Source of the DNA: Vulcanimicrobiota bacterium
GTDB taxonomy: Bacteria; Vulcanimicrobiota; Vulcanimicrobiia; Vulcanimicrobiales; Vulcanimicrobiaceae
Assembly: GCA_963833095.1 (NCBI GenBank)
Contig: CAWHWQ010000004.1
Coordinates: forward strand, 206,702-270,701
DNA length: 64,000 nucleotides
Reading direction: 5' to 3'
A program made the position numbers and the translations under genes. A model generated the notes under the pieces. That model worked only from the letters and a program-made list of their open reading frames with translations. It was not told where the DNA came from and ran no database searches. How positions within the stretch are numbered: position 1 is the first letter of the stretch; each line of letters begins with the position of its first letter. Of this stretch, positions 10,810 to 22,842 are shown one piece after another.

Positions 10810-12842
10810 AGGTCTTCGATCCTGACTGGAAGGTCGCGCACGCGCACGCCGGTCGCATGATACACGGCGGCAGTAATCGCGGGCGCGACGCCCGCCAAGC
10901 CGATCTCGCCGAGGCCGCGAGCGCCAAGCGCATTGAGCTCGTAGTCGGGATAATCCAGAAAGGTCACGTCCATCGCGGGGTGATCCGCATTCGACGCAAC
11001 CACGTAGTCGGCCAAGTTGCGATTGAGCGGCGCCGCGCTTTGCGGATCGTACCGCGTCTCTTCAAACAACGCCATGCCGACGCCAAAAACGACCGACCCT
11101 TCGATTTGGTTACGCGCCGTCATTGGGTTGATGATCCTGCCGGCATCGATCACGGTGACGGTGCGTCGCACGCGCAAACGCGCGATCTCGGGCTGCCAGG
11201 TGACTTCGACGAACTGCGCGCCGAAGCTATGGCTCGATTTCTTCGGCGTGGCGGTGTCGAGATACGTCCCGGTCGATCGGCCGATCCCGACGCCGTTTTT
11301 CAACGCTTCCGTACACGCCATAATCGTCGCGGGGATGAGCGATGCGGTCGCCATGGAGCCGCCGGACATGGGGCCGGGCGGCAGCGATGAATCGCCGATT
11401 GAAACCGTAATCCGCTCGATTGGCATTCCCAACGCGTCGCTCGCGATCTGCGCGAGCATCGTGTAGGTTCCGGTACCGATGTCTTGGGTCGCACACAAGA
11501 GGCGCGCGCTGTCATGCTGCAGCTCCACGCGCACCTCGCAGTCCAGGCTGTCGGCGATGTATGAACAGCCCGCCATGCCCCAGCCGACGATCATGCCATC
11601 TTTGCGCATCGAGCCGACCGCGGGTGTGCGTTGCTCCCACCCGAACTTCTTCGCACCCACGTCGTAGCACTCGGCGACGTGACACGACGTGAACGGGATG
11701 TCGAGGCCTTCGTCATGTTGGGGCGCGCTGCGCAAGCGCAACGCGACGGGATCCATTTTCAACAGCACGGCCAGCTCGTCGAGAGCCGACTCGGTTGCAA
11801 AGAGTCCGGGAGCTGCGCCCGGGGCGCGCATCGAAGTCGGCGCGCCCACATTGCGCTTGGCAATGCCGCTGCTAATGCGCAGATTCGACGTACTGTAGAA
11901 GTAGGGCGTGGCCTCCCAACAGTACTCGTCGTAGTCGCCGAGCATGTTGCTGTGGTTGGTGTAGTCGTGTTGCAGCGACGTCAGATCGCCGTCTGCGGTG
12001 GCGCTCACACGCATGCGCTGCACGGTGACCGGGCGGTGCCCCACGTTCATGAACATCTGCTCGCGCGCGATGACCACTTTCACGGGTTGACCGAGATTTC
12101 GCGCGGCTGCCGCGGCGAGCGGTGAATGCGTCCACGGCCACAATTTTCCGCCGAATCCCGCACCCAGGTAACGCGTGATCACGCGGACCTTCTCGACTGG
12201 AATCCCGAGCATCTGCGCCAGCACGCCGCGGTGATTTACCACCGCCATGGAGGTCTCGTGAAGCGTAACCGCGTCACCGTCCCACCTAGCAACCGTCGCG
12301 TGCAACTCCATCGGATTGTGCGTCTCGACCGGCGTGCTGTAGGTGGCGTCGAGTTTGAACTCTGCCTGTGCGAATGCTTTGTCGGGATCACCGCGCTGGC
12401 TCACGATTTTGCGCTCGCCTTGCGCGACGGTGATCGGAGCCGTCAGCGCCACGTCGGGCGCGTAGCTAATCCGGAGGTGGGCTGCGCCTTCGGCCGCTGA
12501 CTCGAGCGTCTTTGCGACCACGAGCGCGACGTACTGTCCGTAGTACGCAATCTGGTCATCCACCAGCGGTGCGCGCGTCTCGTCGGCGTACGCGACGCCC
12601 GGCGCCAGTGGCGCTGTCAGCGAATGAAGAGCGCCGATGTTGGTATGATCGTACACGGCGACGACGCCCGGCACCGCAAGCGCAGCTTCGGCATCGACGC
12701 GCAGCACCTTACCTGCAGCGATCGTGCTGCCAACCGGCACGCCGTAGAGCATCCCGTTTTCGATGCGATCCGAGGCATAGTCGGCCGCGCCGGTTACTTT
12801 GAGCCGCCCTTCGATCCGGCGGATCGGTGTTCCCACGCTCAT
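10761..12842 (-). CDS. xanthine dehydrogenase-family molybdopterin-binding subunit (YagR/PaoC-like)
   Basis: [43 protein letters not shown]. Confidence 0.9.
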   Translation of the reverse strand: MSVGTPIRRIEGRLKVTGAADYASDRIENGMLYGVPVGSTIAAGKVLRVDAEAALAVPGVVAVYDHTNIGALHSLTAPLAPGVAYADETRAPLVDDQIAYYGQYVALVVAKTLESAAEGAAHLRISYAPDVALTAPITVAQGERKIVSQRGDPDKAFAQAEFKLDATYSTPVETHNPMELHATVARWDGDAVTLHETSMAVVNHRGVLAQMLGIPVEKVRVITRYLGAGFGGKLWPWTHSPLAAAAARNLGQPVKVVIAREQMFMNVGHRPVTVQRMRVSATADGDLTSLQHDYTNHSNMLGDYDEYCWEATPYFYSTSNLRISSGIAKRNVGAPTSMRAPGAAPGLFATESALDELAVLLKMDPVALRLRSAPQHDEGLDIPFTSCHVAECYDVGAKKFGWEQRTPAVGSMRKDGMIVGWGMAGCSYIADSLDCEVRVELQHDSARLLCATQDIGTGTYTMLAQIASDALGMPIERITVSIGDSSLPPGPMSGGSMATASLIPATIMACTEALKNGVGIGRSTGTYLDTATPKKSSHSFGAQFVEVTWQPEIARLRVRRTVTVIDAGRIINPMTARNQIEGSVVFGVGMALFEETRYDPQSAAPLNRNLADYVVASNADHPAMDVTFLDYPDYELNALGARGLGEIGLAGVAPAITAAVYHATGVRVRDLPVRIEDLYSRGSRPLTNVLPCS

Positions 12843-12876
12843 GACGTCACCTCATGTCACAACCACTTCTACGCGG

Positions 12877-13722
12877 TCACGGAACGATGGCGTAAACGCC
12901 GAGCGCGCCTACGCCCTGGTGCGTGGCAATCGTCAGCGAGGCTTCGCGCATGTATTCCTGCGCCGGCGCGTGACCCAGTTTTGTTTCGAACATTTTTTTG
13001 AGCGCTGTTGCCGCTTCTTCAGCCTGCGTGTGACCGAATGAAACGCGAACGTTTGGCGCGTGCCCAATCGCGCGAACGACCGCCTCGACCATCAGCTCGC
13101 ACGTCTTCTCGAACGAAAAGCTCTGACCCGCCGGTACGATTACGCCATCTTCGCTAAACTTGAGCACCAACCGCACGTTTGTCAGCGAGCCGAGCGCAAC
13201 AACTGCAGCCGGCAGCCGGCCGCTGCGCCCGAGCGTCGCAAGATCGTGCATCGCAAAATACGCCGCGCTGTTGAGAGCCTTCGGGTCCACGCGCTTGGCA
13301 ATCTCGGCCAGAGAGGTACCGCCCTTGGCAAGCTCGACGGCGTAGAGCGCGAGCAGCGTCTGAGCACCCGCCGAACCCTGCGAGTCAACCACGCGCACGC
13401 GAGCGTCGAACGCTTTTGCCGCAGCGAGCGCATTTGCGTAGCTCTGCGAAATCTTTGACGAGAGCACGATCGCCACGACGTCGTCTCCGGCGTCGATCGC
13501 TTTGGCGAAGATTTCCTGAAATTGCGCCTGAGACGGGGATTCGGTCTTGGGAATCTCGCCCGCCCCAACGCGGCGAAAAAAGGTCGCGCGATCGATGTCA
13601 ATGCCGTCGCGAAAACGGTCATCTCCCAGCAATACCCACACGGGCACGATCTCGATTCCCAGGCTCGTTGCCTCGGCGCGGGAGAGATCGCTACCACTAT
13701 CGGTGACAACCGTAACGCCCAC
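12877..13722 (-). CDS. DegV family fatty-acid-binding protein
   Basis: VVTDSGSDL, LSSKISQSY, VVDSQ, LGRSGRL, H.GVGALG. Confidence 0.9.
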   Translation of the reverse strand: MGVTVVTDSGSDLSRAEATSLGIEIVPVWVLLGDDRFRDGIDIDRATFFRRVGAGEIPKTESPSQAQFQEIFAKAIDAGDDVVAIVLSSKISQSYANALAAAKAFDARVRVVDSQGSAGAQTLLALYAVELAKGGTSLAEIAKRVDPKALNSAAYFAMHDLATLGRSGRLPAAVVALGSLTNVRLVLKFSEDGVIVPAGQSFSFEKTCELMVEAVVRAIGHAPNVRVSFGHTQAEEAATALKKMFETKLGHAPAQEYMREASLTIATHQGVGALGVYAIVP

Positions 13723-13807
13723 GATTCGTTAGATCCTCGAACCTCCATCGAACGCTGTCCTAGACGACCGCCGCCGGGCCCAGTCTGCCCGCGCTATCCT
13801 CAAATGC

Positions 13808-14248
13808 ATGCGTACAATAGGTTGCCTCGCAACCCTTCTCCTTTGCCTCGCCACAGCAGTGCCGTGTCTTGCTACCGGCACTTTTCGCGTCCAGGAGAGC
13901 AACGGGCCCGTGCGCGTTTATAAGGACGTCTCGATTAAGGTCGTCCACCAAACGCTGCGCGTCACGTCCGCCGACGGCGAAGCGACCTTCGTTATCAATC
14001 ACGCGGCCTGCGCCTACGATGGCTATCTCGAGCGCTGTACTCCCATCAAAATGAGCCTCGAGCGAGACGGTACCACAAGATCGATCGATTTCACCGGCGG
14101 AACGATCTACGTCAACCCGACCCGCAGCACGCAGCAGCTCACACACTCGTCGACGCAGTTGCCGCCGCATGGCATCCTCTTCTCCATCCGTACGAAGATC
14201 GGCGCCTTCGTGTCGCTGAGCGGACAGATCGATGGGTTAGTGCGCTAG
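13808..14248 (+). CDS. secreted hypothetical protein
   Basis: N-terminal signal peptide; TATCCT -10 ends 7 nt before the ATG. Confidence 0.7.
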   Translation: MRTIGCLATLLLCLATAVPCLATGTFRVQESNGPVRVYKDVSIKVVHQTLRVTSADGEATFVINHAACAYDGYLERCTPIKMSLERDGTTRSIDFTGGTIYVNPTRSTQQLTHSSTQLPPHGILFSIRTKIGAFVSLSGQIDGLVR

Positions 14249-15157
14249 ATGCTGCACGGGCTACTGCTGGCAGTAGCGCTGCTGGCTTCGGGAACACCAA
14301 CGCCGGCGCCCTCGGCACAGCCCTTCGACCTTAGCAAACTGACGCCGCAACAGCAGGCGGCCGTCCAAGCCGCGATCGTGAAACTCTCGCAAAATCCGGT
14401 CGGAAATATCGCCGCGATTCCGTTCCAAAACAACTTCAATTTCGGCGTTGGTCCGTACGCGCGCTTTCAATATAATCTCAACGTGCAGCCGGTGATCCCC
14501 GTGGCCCTGGGTACGAGCGCGAACCTCATCCTGCGCACGATCATCCCCGTCTTGGTCCAGCCGTCGTTTGCGTCACCGGCGACCTGCGGCCGGACCGAAG
14601 TCTGCGCATCGACGTCGGGCGTCGGCGACATTCAAGAGCAAACGTTCTATGCGCCAAAAACCAAGCCGGGCGAACTGGTGTGGGGCGCGGGGCCCGTGTT
14701 TCAAATCCCAAGCGCGACGCCGGGAACACTGGGCGCCGGGAAGTGGGCGGCCGGTCCGGACCTGGTGCTCTTGGAGATGCCCGGTCGTACGGTGTTCGGA
14801 ATCCTGATGACGCAAATTTGGTCCTTTGCCGGTCAGACCAATCGGCAAAACATCAGCGCTGCGCTGTTTCAGCCCTTCTTCAACTACAACCTCAAAAACG
14901 GGTGGACGCTTTCGACCGCGCCGAGCATCACCGCGAACTGGGTCGCGGCCAAGAATAAATGGGCCGTTCCACTGGGCGCCGGCGTATCGAAAACGTTCAA
15001 AGCCGGCGATCAGGTGATGCAACTCTCCGCGCAATATTACAGCTACGTCGCGCGGCCGATCACCGCACCGCAAACCAACGTAAAAGTCTCATGGTCCCTC
15101 CTCTTCCCGATCAAACGCGGCATCGACATTGGCGAACTGATCAAGGAGAACATGTAA
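14249..15157 (+). CDS. putative outer-membrane beta-barrel/transporter
   Basis: Signal peptide; SQNPV..IPFQNN, LNVQPVIP, QPFFNYN, W.VPLG motifs. Confidence 0.7.
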   Translation: MLHGLLLAVALLASGTPTPAPSAQPFDLSKLTPQQQAAVQAAIVKLSQNPVGNIAAIPFQNNFNFGVGPYARFQYNLNVQPVIPVALGTSANLILRTIIPVLVQPSFASPATCGRTEVCASTSGVGDIQEQTFYAPKTKPGELVWGAGPVFQIPSATPGTLGAGKWAAGPDLVLLEMPGRTVFGILMTQIWSFAGQTNRQNISAALFQPFFNYNLKNGWTLSTAPSITANWVAAKNKWAVPLGAGVSKTFKAGDQVMQLSAQYYSYVARPITAPQTNVKVSWSLLFPIKRGIDIGELIKENM

Positions 15158-15158
15158 C

Positions 15159-15998
15159 ATGACGCCGGAAAAACTCGCGGTTGTCGTCTTTCTGATCTGT
15201 TTCATGCTAGTGGCCGGCTTGCAATGCGACTTCGCCGAGCTGCGTGAAGCATTTCAAAGTCCGATGCGCTTGCTGCGGATCTTCGCGGCGAATTTCGTGC
15301 TCGTTCCGATCATCGGCGTGATCGTCGTCCGGTTGTTTGCGCTCGACATCTATGTCGCGACCGGCATTCTGCTCATGGCGATCTCTCCCGGCGTTCCCTT
15401 TCTCCCGTTGATTGCCGGATCGGGCAAGGGCGGAAGTGCCGGCCTTGCAACTGGCCTCGCCGTGATCTTGCCGGCCGTCTCGATCATCACCGTTCCCATC
15501 ACCGCGCCACTGGTGCTTCCCGCCGACGCGGCTGCGCACATCACCCTCGCCTCATTCATTGCAAGCCTCCTGCTGGTCCAGTTGCTGCCGCTGTGCGTTG
15601 GTCTCGTTATCCGGGCGCGCTTCGGCAAGGTCGCCCCGATGCTCACCAAGCTCGTCGCGATTGTCCTCGCCGTCGCCGGCATCGTGGTGCTCTTCTACCT
15701 CGTTCCGCAAATGGGCAAAGCCTTTGCGGCCGTTTACGGATCGCGCGGCCTGATTGCGTCGCTCGTGATCATCGTGCTCTGCGCCGGCGTCGGTTTGCTC
15801 CTTGGCGGAAAGACGCCGGCGTACCGGGTCACCCTATCCATTTCCACGATCATGCGCAACGTTGGTCTAGCAACCCTCATCGCGACGCAGAATTTCCACG
15901 GCACGGTCGCAGGAGCGGCCGTACTCGCGTATTTCGTCATGCAATTCATCTTTGCCAACCTGATCGGCATGTACTATAAACGAAGAGAGGCCAAATGA
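15159..15998 (+). CDS. bile acid:sodium symporter family protein
   Basis: ANFVLVP, SPG.P, RNVGLA; multi-TM. Confidence 0.85.
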   Translation: MTPEKLAVVVFLICFMLVAGLQCDFAELREAFQSPMRLLRIFAANFVLVPIIGVIVVRLFALDIYVATGILLMAISPGVPFLPLIAGSGKGGSAGLATGLAVILPAVSIITVPITAPLVLPADAAAHITLASFIASLLLVQLLPLCVGLVIRARFGKVAPMLTKLVAIVLAVAGIVVLFYLVPQMGKAFAAVYGSRGLIASLVIIVLCAGVGLLLGGKTPAYRVTLSISTIMRNVGLATLIATQNFHGTVAGAAVLAYFVMQFIFANLIGMYYKRREAK

Positions 15999-16738
15999 CG
16001 CCGTTGATCTTTAGTCCGGAGTTCGGGCTGTTCACCCTTGGCACGATCGGGATCATCGATCTTATCGCCGCCACCACCAACGCGTTCAACGGAACGCTGC
16101 TCGCGCGCTCGCCCAGTCACTACAAGCATTTCACCATTGTCGGCGTAGCATTGCTGGGACTCGCGGGCGGTATCGGCGGCGGCACGTTGCGCGATATCCT
16201 CCTCAACGAAGTCCCCGCGCCGCTGGTCAACCCATGGTACATGTTCTTCTGCATCGCGGCGATCATAGTTGCGCTGTTGATCGCCTATAATGGCGGGCAA
16301 AAGTTCCGCGCCGGCCTGCTTTCGTTCATGACCGCATTTACGCTGCCATGGTATGCGATCGTCGGCGCCGACAAGGCGATGACGCACCACCTGGGATACG
16401 GCGCGGCGATTCTGATCGGCGTCATCGGCACAACCGGCGGACGCTGGATCATCGATCTCTCCTGTATGAAGATTCCCCAACAATTGGTGCGCGGCGAATT
16501 CTTTGTCGGGACGGCTGCAATGACCGCGCTGCTCTACGTCATTTTGCGCTTCTCGCTCGGCATGGATATCATTGTTGCGACCGCCATTGCGGTGCTGTTT
16601 GGTTTCGGCTTCCGCTTGCTCTCACTGTACATGGGCTGGGAAGAGTGGGAACCGTCGGAACCGGACGCGTTGCGGGCGGGCGAAAAAGAACACCACAGCC
16701 TGACCGTCGATATCCGCGAGGAATTTAGGGAAAGCTGA
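15995..16738 (+). CDS. TRIC/UPF0126 membrane protein
   Basis: GIGGGTLRDILL and GTTGG..IID repeats; ATGA overlap. Confidence 0.85.
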   Translation: MTPLIFSPEFGLFTLGTIGIIDLIAATTNAFNGTLLARSPSHYKHFTIVGVALLGLAGGIGGGTLRDILLNEVPAPLVNPWYMFFCIAAIIVALLIAYNGGQKFRAGLLSFMTAFTLPWYAIVGADKAMTHHLGYGAAILIGVIGTTGGRWIIDLSCMKIPQQLVRGEFFVGTAAMTALLYVILRFSLGMDIIVATAIAVLFGFGFRLLSLYMGWEEWEPSEPDALRAGEKEHHSLTVDIREEFRES

Positions 16739-16742
16739 GCCG

Positions 16743-17291
16743 CTACAACACTGCGTGCCGGATGATTTCGACGCCGACCGCGATGAAAAAGACGCCCAGC
16801 GCAACGTCGACGTAACGGCGGTATTGCGCGAGGTGCGCAACCTTGGGCGCCACAAACAGAATTGCCGTTGCGAGAGCTGAAAACACGACCGCGTAAATAA
16901 ACCCCACGCCGCTCGCGCGCAGCGCGCCCAGCAATGCAAACAGCGGCACGTACATCGCAACGTTGTCGATTCCGGTAGCAAACACGATGGCCGCGATCGA
17001 TGCCGAGCGCGCGGTCGCGGTTTGCTTTCCAAACGCGGTGATCACTTTGCCCAGACCAATCGCCGCCGGCACGATCCCGAGCCATGCCACATTTCCGGCC
17101 GAGATCGTGTCCATGGCAAACGAAGCGATCAGGCAAGCGATTACCAAAAGCCCAAAGGCAATCGAGGCTTCGATGCTCGCGCGTAGCCAGCGCGCTGGAG
17201 AATTGACCGCCGCCTCGGCCGCTAAGCAGCTAAAACCATCGATATTCGTGAGAACAAAGGCCATAACGAGCACGAGCATCTGGTAGTCCAT
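16743..17291 (-). CDS. CadD-like cadmium-resistance transporter family
   Basis: FV.TNID, G.DNVAMYVPLF; multi-TM. Confidence 0.7.
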   Translation of the reverse strand: MDYQMLVLVMAFVLTNIDGFSCLAAEAAVNSPARWLRASIEASIAFGLLVIACLIASFAMDTISAGNVAWLGIVPAAIGLGKVITAFGKQTATARSASIAAIVFATGIDNVAMYVPLFALLGALRASGVGFIYAVVFSALATAILFVAPKVAHLAQYRRYVDVALGVFFIAVGVEIIRHAVL

Positions 17292-17399
17292 GCTACCCAG
17301 ATCAGCCTCGACGCGGCCAATGCTGTCCTAGACAGGCATCAGTATTGACGCCGGTTATCACCTATGCTCGAAGTCCAGGACAACCTGGACAGGTGTCTT

Positions 17400-18281
17400 A
17401 TGAGTGGAGCCTTAGCAGCCTACGAAGGCCTTCTTCCCACACTGAGCATCAAAACCGTGGCGCAGATGGCCAACCTCTCGATCGACACGATACGCGCGTG
17501 GGAAAAGCGTTATCGAGCCGTCGTTCCTCAGCGCGCCCAAGGGGGCCGGCGCCAGTTCAGTAGCGGTGACGTCGAGCGGCTCGTGCTTCTACGCGAGATC
17601 GTGGCTGCCGGCACGGCGATTTCGCGCGTAGCGCACTGTTCGACCGTCGAGCTCCGCGGCATGGCACGCGTGGTCGTCGATCGTGGCGAGTCCGATGACG
17701 CCGACGTCGTGCGCTTGCTCAAGGTTATCCGTGCGCGCGACGTTTCGCGGCTGTGCGACGAATTGCTCAAGATGGCGCTCGTGCGCAGCACCGCCGAATT
17801 CGGCGACGACATTATTGCAGCCGTACTCGCCGAACTCGACCGCAACGCGGAAGCACGGCATACCGGCGAACTGCTGCTGTCGTGCGCGCTCGTTTCGATT
17901 TCATCGCGGTTGTTCGACAAGCATCCCGGCGCGCGCGGCCCCAACGTCATCTCGCTGACGCTGCCGGGCGAGCCGCACGGGATCCCTCCGCTCCTTGCGG
18001 CGCTCGTCGCCTCCGAAAACGGCTTCTGCGGTATGTATGCCGGAACGCAGATCGAACCGGCGGATGTCGAGACGCTCGCCGTCGACTTGGATGCAGTTGC
18101 AATCGTGATCCATACCGCGGTCGAGTCGTTCGAGCATATGCAAGCCGCGCTGCGGCTCGTTGAAAAACTGCCGCGAACGCGCCTCGTGATAACGGGGCGA
18201 GGTAGTCTCCTCGCCCCGCCTGGTGTTGGGGCAGCGAACTCTTTGCGCGACCTCGCGCGGGAATTTAAGAGCGTATACTAG
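17400..18281 (+). CDS. MerR-family regulator with a B12-binding-like domain (CarH/LitR-like); alternative start 17364
   Basis: SIKTVA..., TIRAWEKRY..V.PQR..GGRRQF; C-terminal PGEPH. Confidence 0.82.
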   Translation: MSGALAAYEGLLPTLSIKTVAQMANLSIDTIRAWEKRYRAVVPQRAQGGRRQFSSGDVERLVLLREIVAAGTAISRVAHCSTVELRGMARVVVDRGESDDADVVRLLKVIRARDVSRLCDELLKMALVRSTAEFGDDIIAAVLAELDRNAEARHTGELLLSCALVSISSRLFDKHPGARGPNVISLTLPGEPHGIPPLLAALVASENGFCGMYAGTQIEPADVETLAVDLDAVAIVIHTAVESFEHMQAALRLVEKLPRTRLVITGRGSLLAPPGVGAANSLRDLAREFKSVY

Positions 18282-18287
18282 CCGCAG

Positions 18288-18743
18288 CTACTCCATCGCC
18301 GTTGCGAAAAAGTTGCCGGCGCGCCAGTAACCGTACGCGATGATCTGACGACCGACCGCGACGCGACCGCTGGTTTCGCGATTGAGGGCCGGCTGATCGT
18401 TGATCACGATCGTGCGGTCAGCGAGTTGCACCGTGACGAGATGCCCGCGCACGGACGTGATCGTGCCCGCAATGCGCGCACGACGCGGACCGACCGCGTA
18501 GCCCGGGCAATGCCCGTTGGCAGTCCATACGCCGCTCACCCACGTACCACAAATGGGATCGCCGTATTGGTTGTTGGGACCAAACGCCGCCGTGTCGTTG
18601 ATGTCCGCGTCCGGATCCTTATCAACTGTGGTGGTCGTCGTGGTTGTCGTTTGTTGTGTTTGCTGAGATTGAGCAAACGCCGGCGCGGCCAGCGCTGCCC
18701 CAAGGGCCAGTGAGAGAATCGTCGCCGTAATTTCTCGTTTCAT
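18288..18743 (-). CDS. secreted hypothetical protein with Thr-rich linker and beta-rich C-terminus
   Basis: Signal peptide ending PAFA; TTTTTTTT run; two Cys. Confidence 0.7.
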   Translation of the reverse strand: MKREITATILSLALGAALAAPAFAQSQQTQQTTTTTTTTVDKDPDADINDTAAFGPNNQYGDPICGTWVSGVWTANGHCPGYAVGPRRARIAGTITSVRGHLVTVQLADRTIVINDQPALNRETSGRVAVGRQIIAYGYWRAGNFFATAME

Positions 18744-18780
18744 AGCGGCATTTCTACCCACTTTTTCGCGCTAAACCAAA

Positions 18781-19920
18781 CTAGCGCTCGTACAGCCAAC
18801 GTTTGATCGCGGCCGCAACAAGGATGTGCTCGATTGGATGCAGGCGCGACAAGAGTGCCTCTTCATCTTCGCCCGCCATTACCTGCAGCGGCTTGCGCGT
18901 CAGCACGCGTCCGCGGTCCGTCTGCGCAGTCACCTCGTGCACGCTTGCGCCGCTCCACGCGCTGCCGGCCGCAAGCGTATCGCGCACCGCGCGTGCTCCG
19001 CGAAATGCCGGGACGACCGTTCCGTCAGGCATGCCGACGCGATCCCGTGACGGGTCAAGCGGCAAGAACGACGGATGCACGTTGAGCATTTCGGGAAATG
19101 CGTCGACAAACGCCGGTTCGAGCAAATGCATCCATCCAAGCAATAACACCAGCTGCGGTTCGAACCGTGCGACCGCGCCGCGCAGCAGAGCATCGTACTG
19201 CGAGCGAGACTGGTCGCCGCGCTGCCAGGGCAGCGCGATCGCCGGAATCCCGGCGGCTTTGGCCCGTTCGATCGCGTAGGCGCCCGGCTTGTTGCAGACC
19301 AGCGCCGCGAGGTCCAGCGGCAGGCCGCCGGCGACACGATCGATCACCGCTTGAAAATTCGTCCCGCTTCCCGAAGCCAGCACGACCGTGCGAACCGGAG
19401 CCGGCGTAAGACTGCGCGGATCGTAGCGTTCGACAACGCGCGCTCCGGCGTGCCGCTCGTAGTACGGTACCAAACCCTCCGACGTCGCGGCGATCAGCGC
19501 GCGCCGATATCCACGCGCGCGCAACCCGCACAACGCCACCTGCAACAACGAAGAGCCTAAACTGTCACCCTGAGGTGCGAAGCCTCGAAGGGTCGGCTCA
19601 ACACCCAACGGACCGAAGATGCCGACATCCGGTTCGCGCGCGATTCCGCGCAGCCATGCGTAGCGCAGGCCCGTCGGATCGAACGCCGCAAAGCCGGCCG
19701 GTTTCCCGTCACGCATTGCAACCGCAGACTGCGCAACCGCGACTTCGCTGCTCCACGCGCCGCCGAAGACGTCATCGATCCATGCCAGTACCGGATCGCT
19801 TGCGCCGCCGGCAACATCGAGCGAGTATCCGGCACGTTCGACGCGTTCGCGCGCAGCGCCGTCGCCCGCGAAACGTTCGTCGAGATCGACGGCGAGATTA
19901 ACGAGCTTCGTGGATGACAA
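18781..19920 (-). CDS. purN: GNAT domain fused to phosphoribosylglycinamide formyltransferase
   Basis: C-terminal LASGSGTNFQA, LGWM.LL, NVHPSFLP, GASVH.V...DRG; N-terminal FGPLGV...G..LL..AL..L...GY...YYER. Confidence 0.88.
   Translation of the reverse strand: MSSTKLVNLAVDLDERFAGDGAARERVERAGYSLDVAGGASDPVLAWIDDVFGGAWSSEVAVAQSAVAMRDGKPAGFAAFDPTGLRYAWLRGIAREPDVGIFGPLGVEPTLRGFAPQGDSLGSSLLQVALCGLRARGYRRALIAATSEGLVPYYERHAGARVVERYDPRSLTPAPVRTVVLASGSGTNFQAVIDRVAGGLPLDLAALVCNKPGAYAIERAKAAGIPAIALPWQRGDQSRSQYDALLRGAVARFEPQLVLLLGWMHLLEPAFVDAFPEMLNVHPSFLPLDPSRDRVGMPDGTVVPAFRGARAVRDTLAAGSAWSGASVHEVTAQTDRGRVLTRKPLQVMAGEDEEALLSRLHPIEHILVAAAIKRWLYER
19563..19592 (+). repeat. 30-bp palindromic repeat in frame inside GNAT-purN
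   Basis: TGTCACCCTGAGGTGCGAAGCCTCGAAGGG, identical to 58517-58546; read on the minus strand as LRGFAPQGD. Confidence 0.88.
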
Positions 19921-20931
19921 CTTGCGGCTCGCTGCCCTCGCGCGCTTCGATCCAGCCGATGACTTTCGCGCCCGGCGCCGCCGCCGCGGCTTTGGCAGCG
20001 TCGACGAACGGCACGATCAGCGTGTATCCGACGCCCATGTTCAACGTGCGGTACTTTTCCTCGTGGGTCAAAGTGCCGCGGCGCACCAGTTCTTGCATGA
20101 TTGGCGGCACGCTCCAACGCGCTGCCTCGAAGATGGCTTTCGCGCTATCAGGCAGCGTTCGCGGCACGTTCTCGAGCAGGCCACCGCCGGTGATGTGCGA
20201 CATCGTCTTGACGCGCGCGACCTTCTGAATCGCCCGGACCTCGTCGTAGTACGAAGGGTGCGGCGCAAGCAACGCATCGGCAAACGTTGTTCCGTTGAAG
20301 GGCTTGGTCCATTCATCGCGGCGGAATCAGCGCGCGCGCAAGCGAGTAGCCGTTAGTGTGCAGCCCGATCGAGGGCAATCCGATGATTGCATCGCCGGCG
20401 CTCGACGCTCTTGGGCTTCGGAATCTCGTCAATGTCCACGATCCCGACGATCGTTCCGGCCAGATCGAAATGCCCCGGTGCGTATAATCCCGGCATCTCG
20501 GCCGTTTCACCGCCAAGCAGCGCGCATTCGTGGGCGCGGCATGCCTGCGCGCAGCCCGCGACTACCTCGGCGGCAACCGCTGGGTCGAGTTTTCCGACCG
20601 CAAAATAGTCGAGAAAGAACATCGGTGTCGCGTTTACGACGAGGATATCGTTGACGCAATGATTGACGAGATCGCGCCCGACGCCGTCGTAGCGCTGCAG
20701 TTCGGCGGCGATGAGAATCTTCGTGCCGACACCGTCGGCCGACGCGACCAGCGCACGGTCGCCCCCGCCGGGCAAGCGGAAAAGCCGCCGAAGCCGCCGA
20801 TCGCGTCGAGCTGATCGGGATGCCGCCACGCGCCCAGGACCTCGCTTGTAGCGCGCGACGGCCTCGTTGCCCGCGGCAATATCGACGCCGGCGCGCGCGT
20901 AGGCGTCTTCCGTGCGACTTTGGTCGCTCAT
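19898..20931 (-). CDS. purM: AIR synthase, several apparent indels
   Basis: YARAGVDI, DGVGTK, VNDIL, GGETAEMPG, GLHTNGYSL, HITGGG, LNMGVG spread over several frames. Confidence 0.9.
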
Positions 20932-21029
20932 AGGGCCCCCGGCGCAGGGCCAGAGCTGCGCACCAGCCGAATTGTGGTCAAAACGATCGCCATTCGGCGG
21001 TCATACTTCACCCAATCGAAAGGTAGCCC

Positions 21030-22569
<1,540 letters not shown>

Positions 22570-22588
<19 letters not shown>

Positions 22589-22842
22589 CCCATGTCATCC
22601 CGAGCGTAGTCGAGGGACCGTTACCCATCTCCGGCAACGCGGCGCGTTCACCCGCATATTTGTCATCCCGAGCGTAGTGGGTGAACGCGAAGCGTTCACC
22701 CGCGTAGTCGAGGGACCGTTACCCATCTCCGGCAACGCGGCGCGTTCACCCGCATATTTGTCATCCCGAGCGTAGTGGGTGAACGCGAGGCGTTCACCCG
22801 CGTAGTCGAGGGACCGTTACCCATCTCCGGCAACGCGGCGCG
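22570..22842 (+). repeat. tandem array of three repeat units with nested hairpins
   Basis: TGTCATCCCGAGCGTAG at 22593, 22661 and 22759 (spacing 68 and 98 bp); identical linker; GGGTGAACGC..GCGTTCACCC insert in units 2 and 3. Confidence 0.9.

Noticed and set aside
18625..18665. Another Thr-rich leader peptide
   Set aside because: The Thr run is an internal linker after a signal peptide in a 151-aa protein, with no attenuator structure
22593..22842. CRISPR array
   Set aside because: The intervening sequences are identical rather than unique spacers, there are no cas genes, and the repeats belong to the dispersed palindromic family
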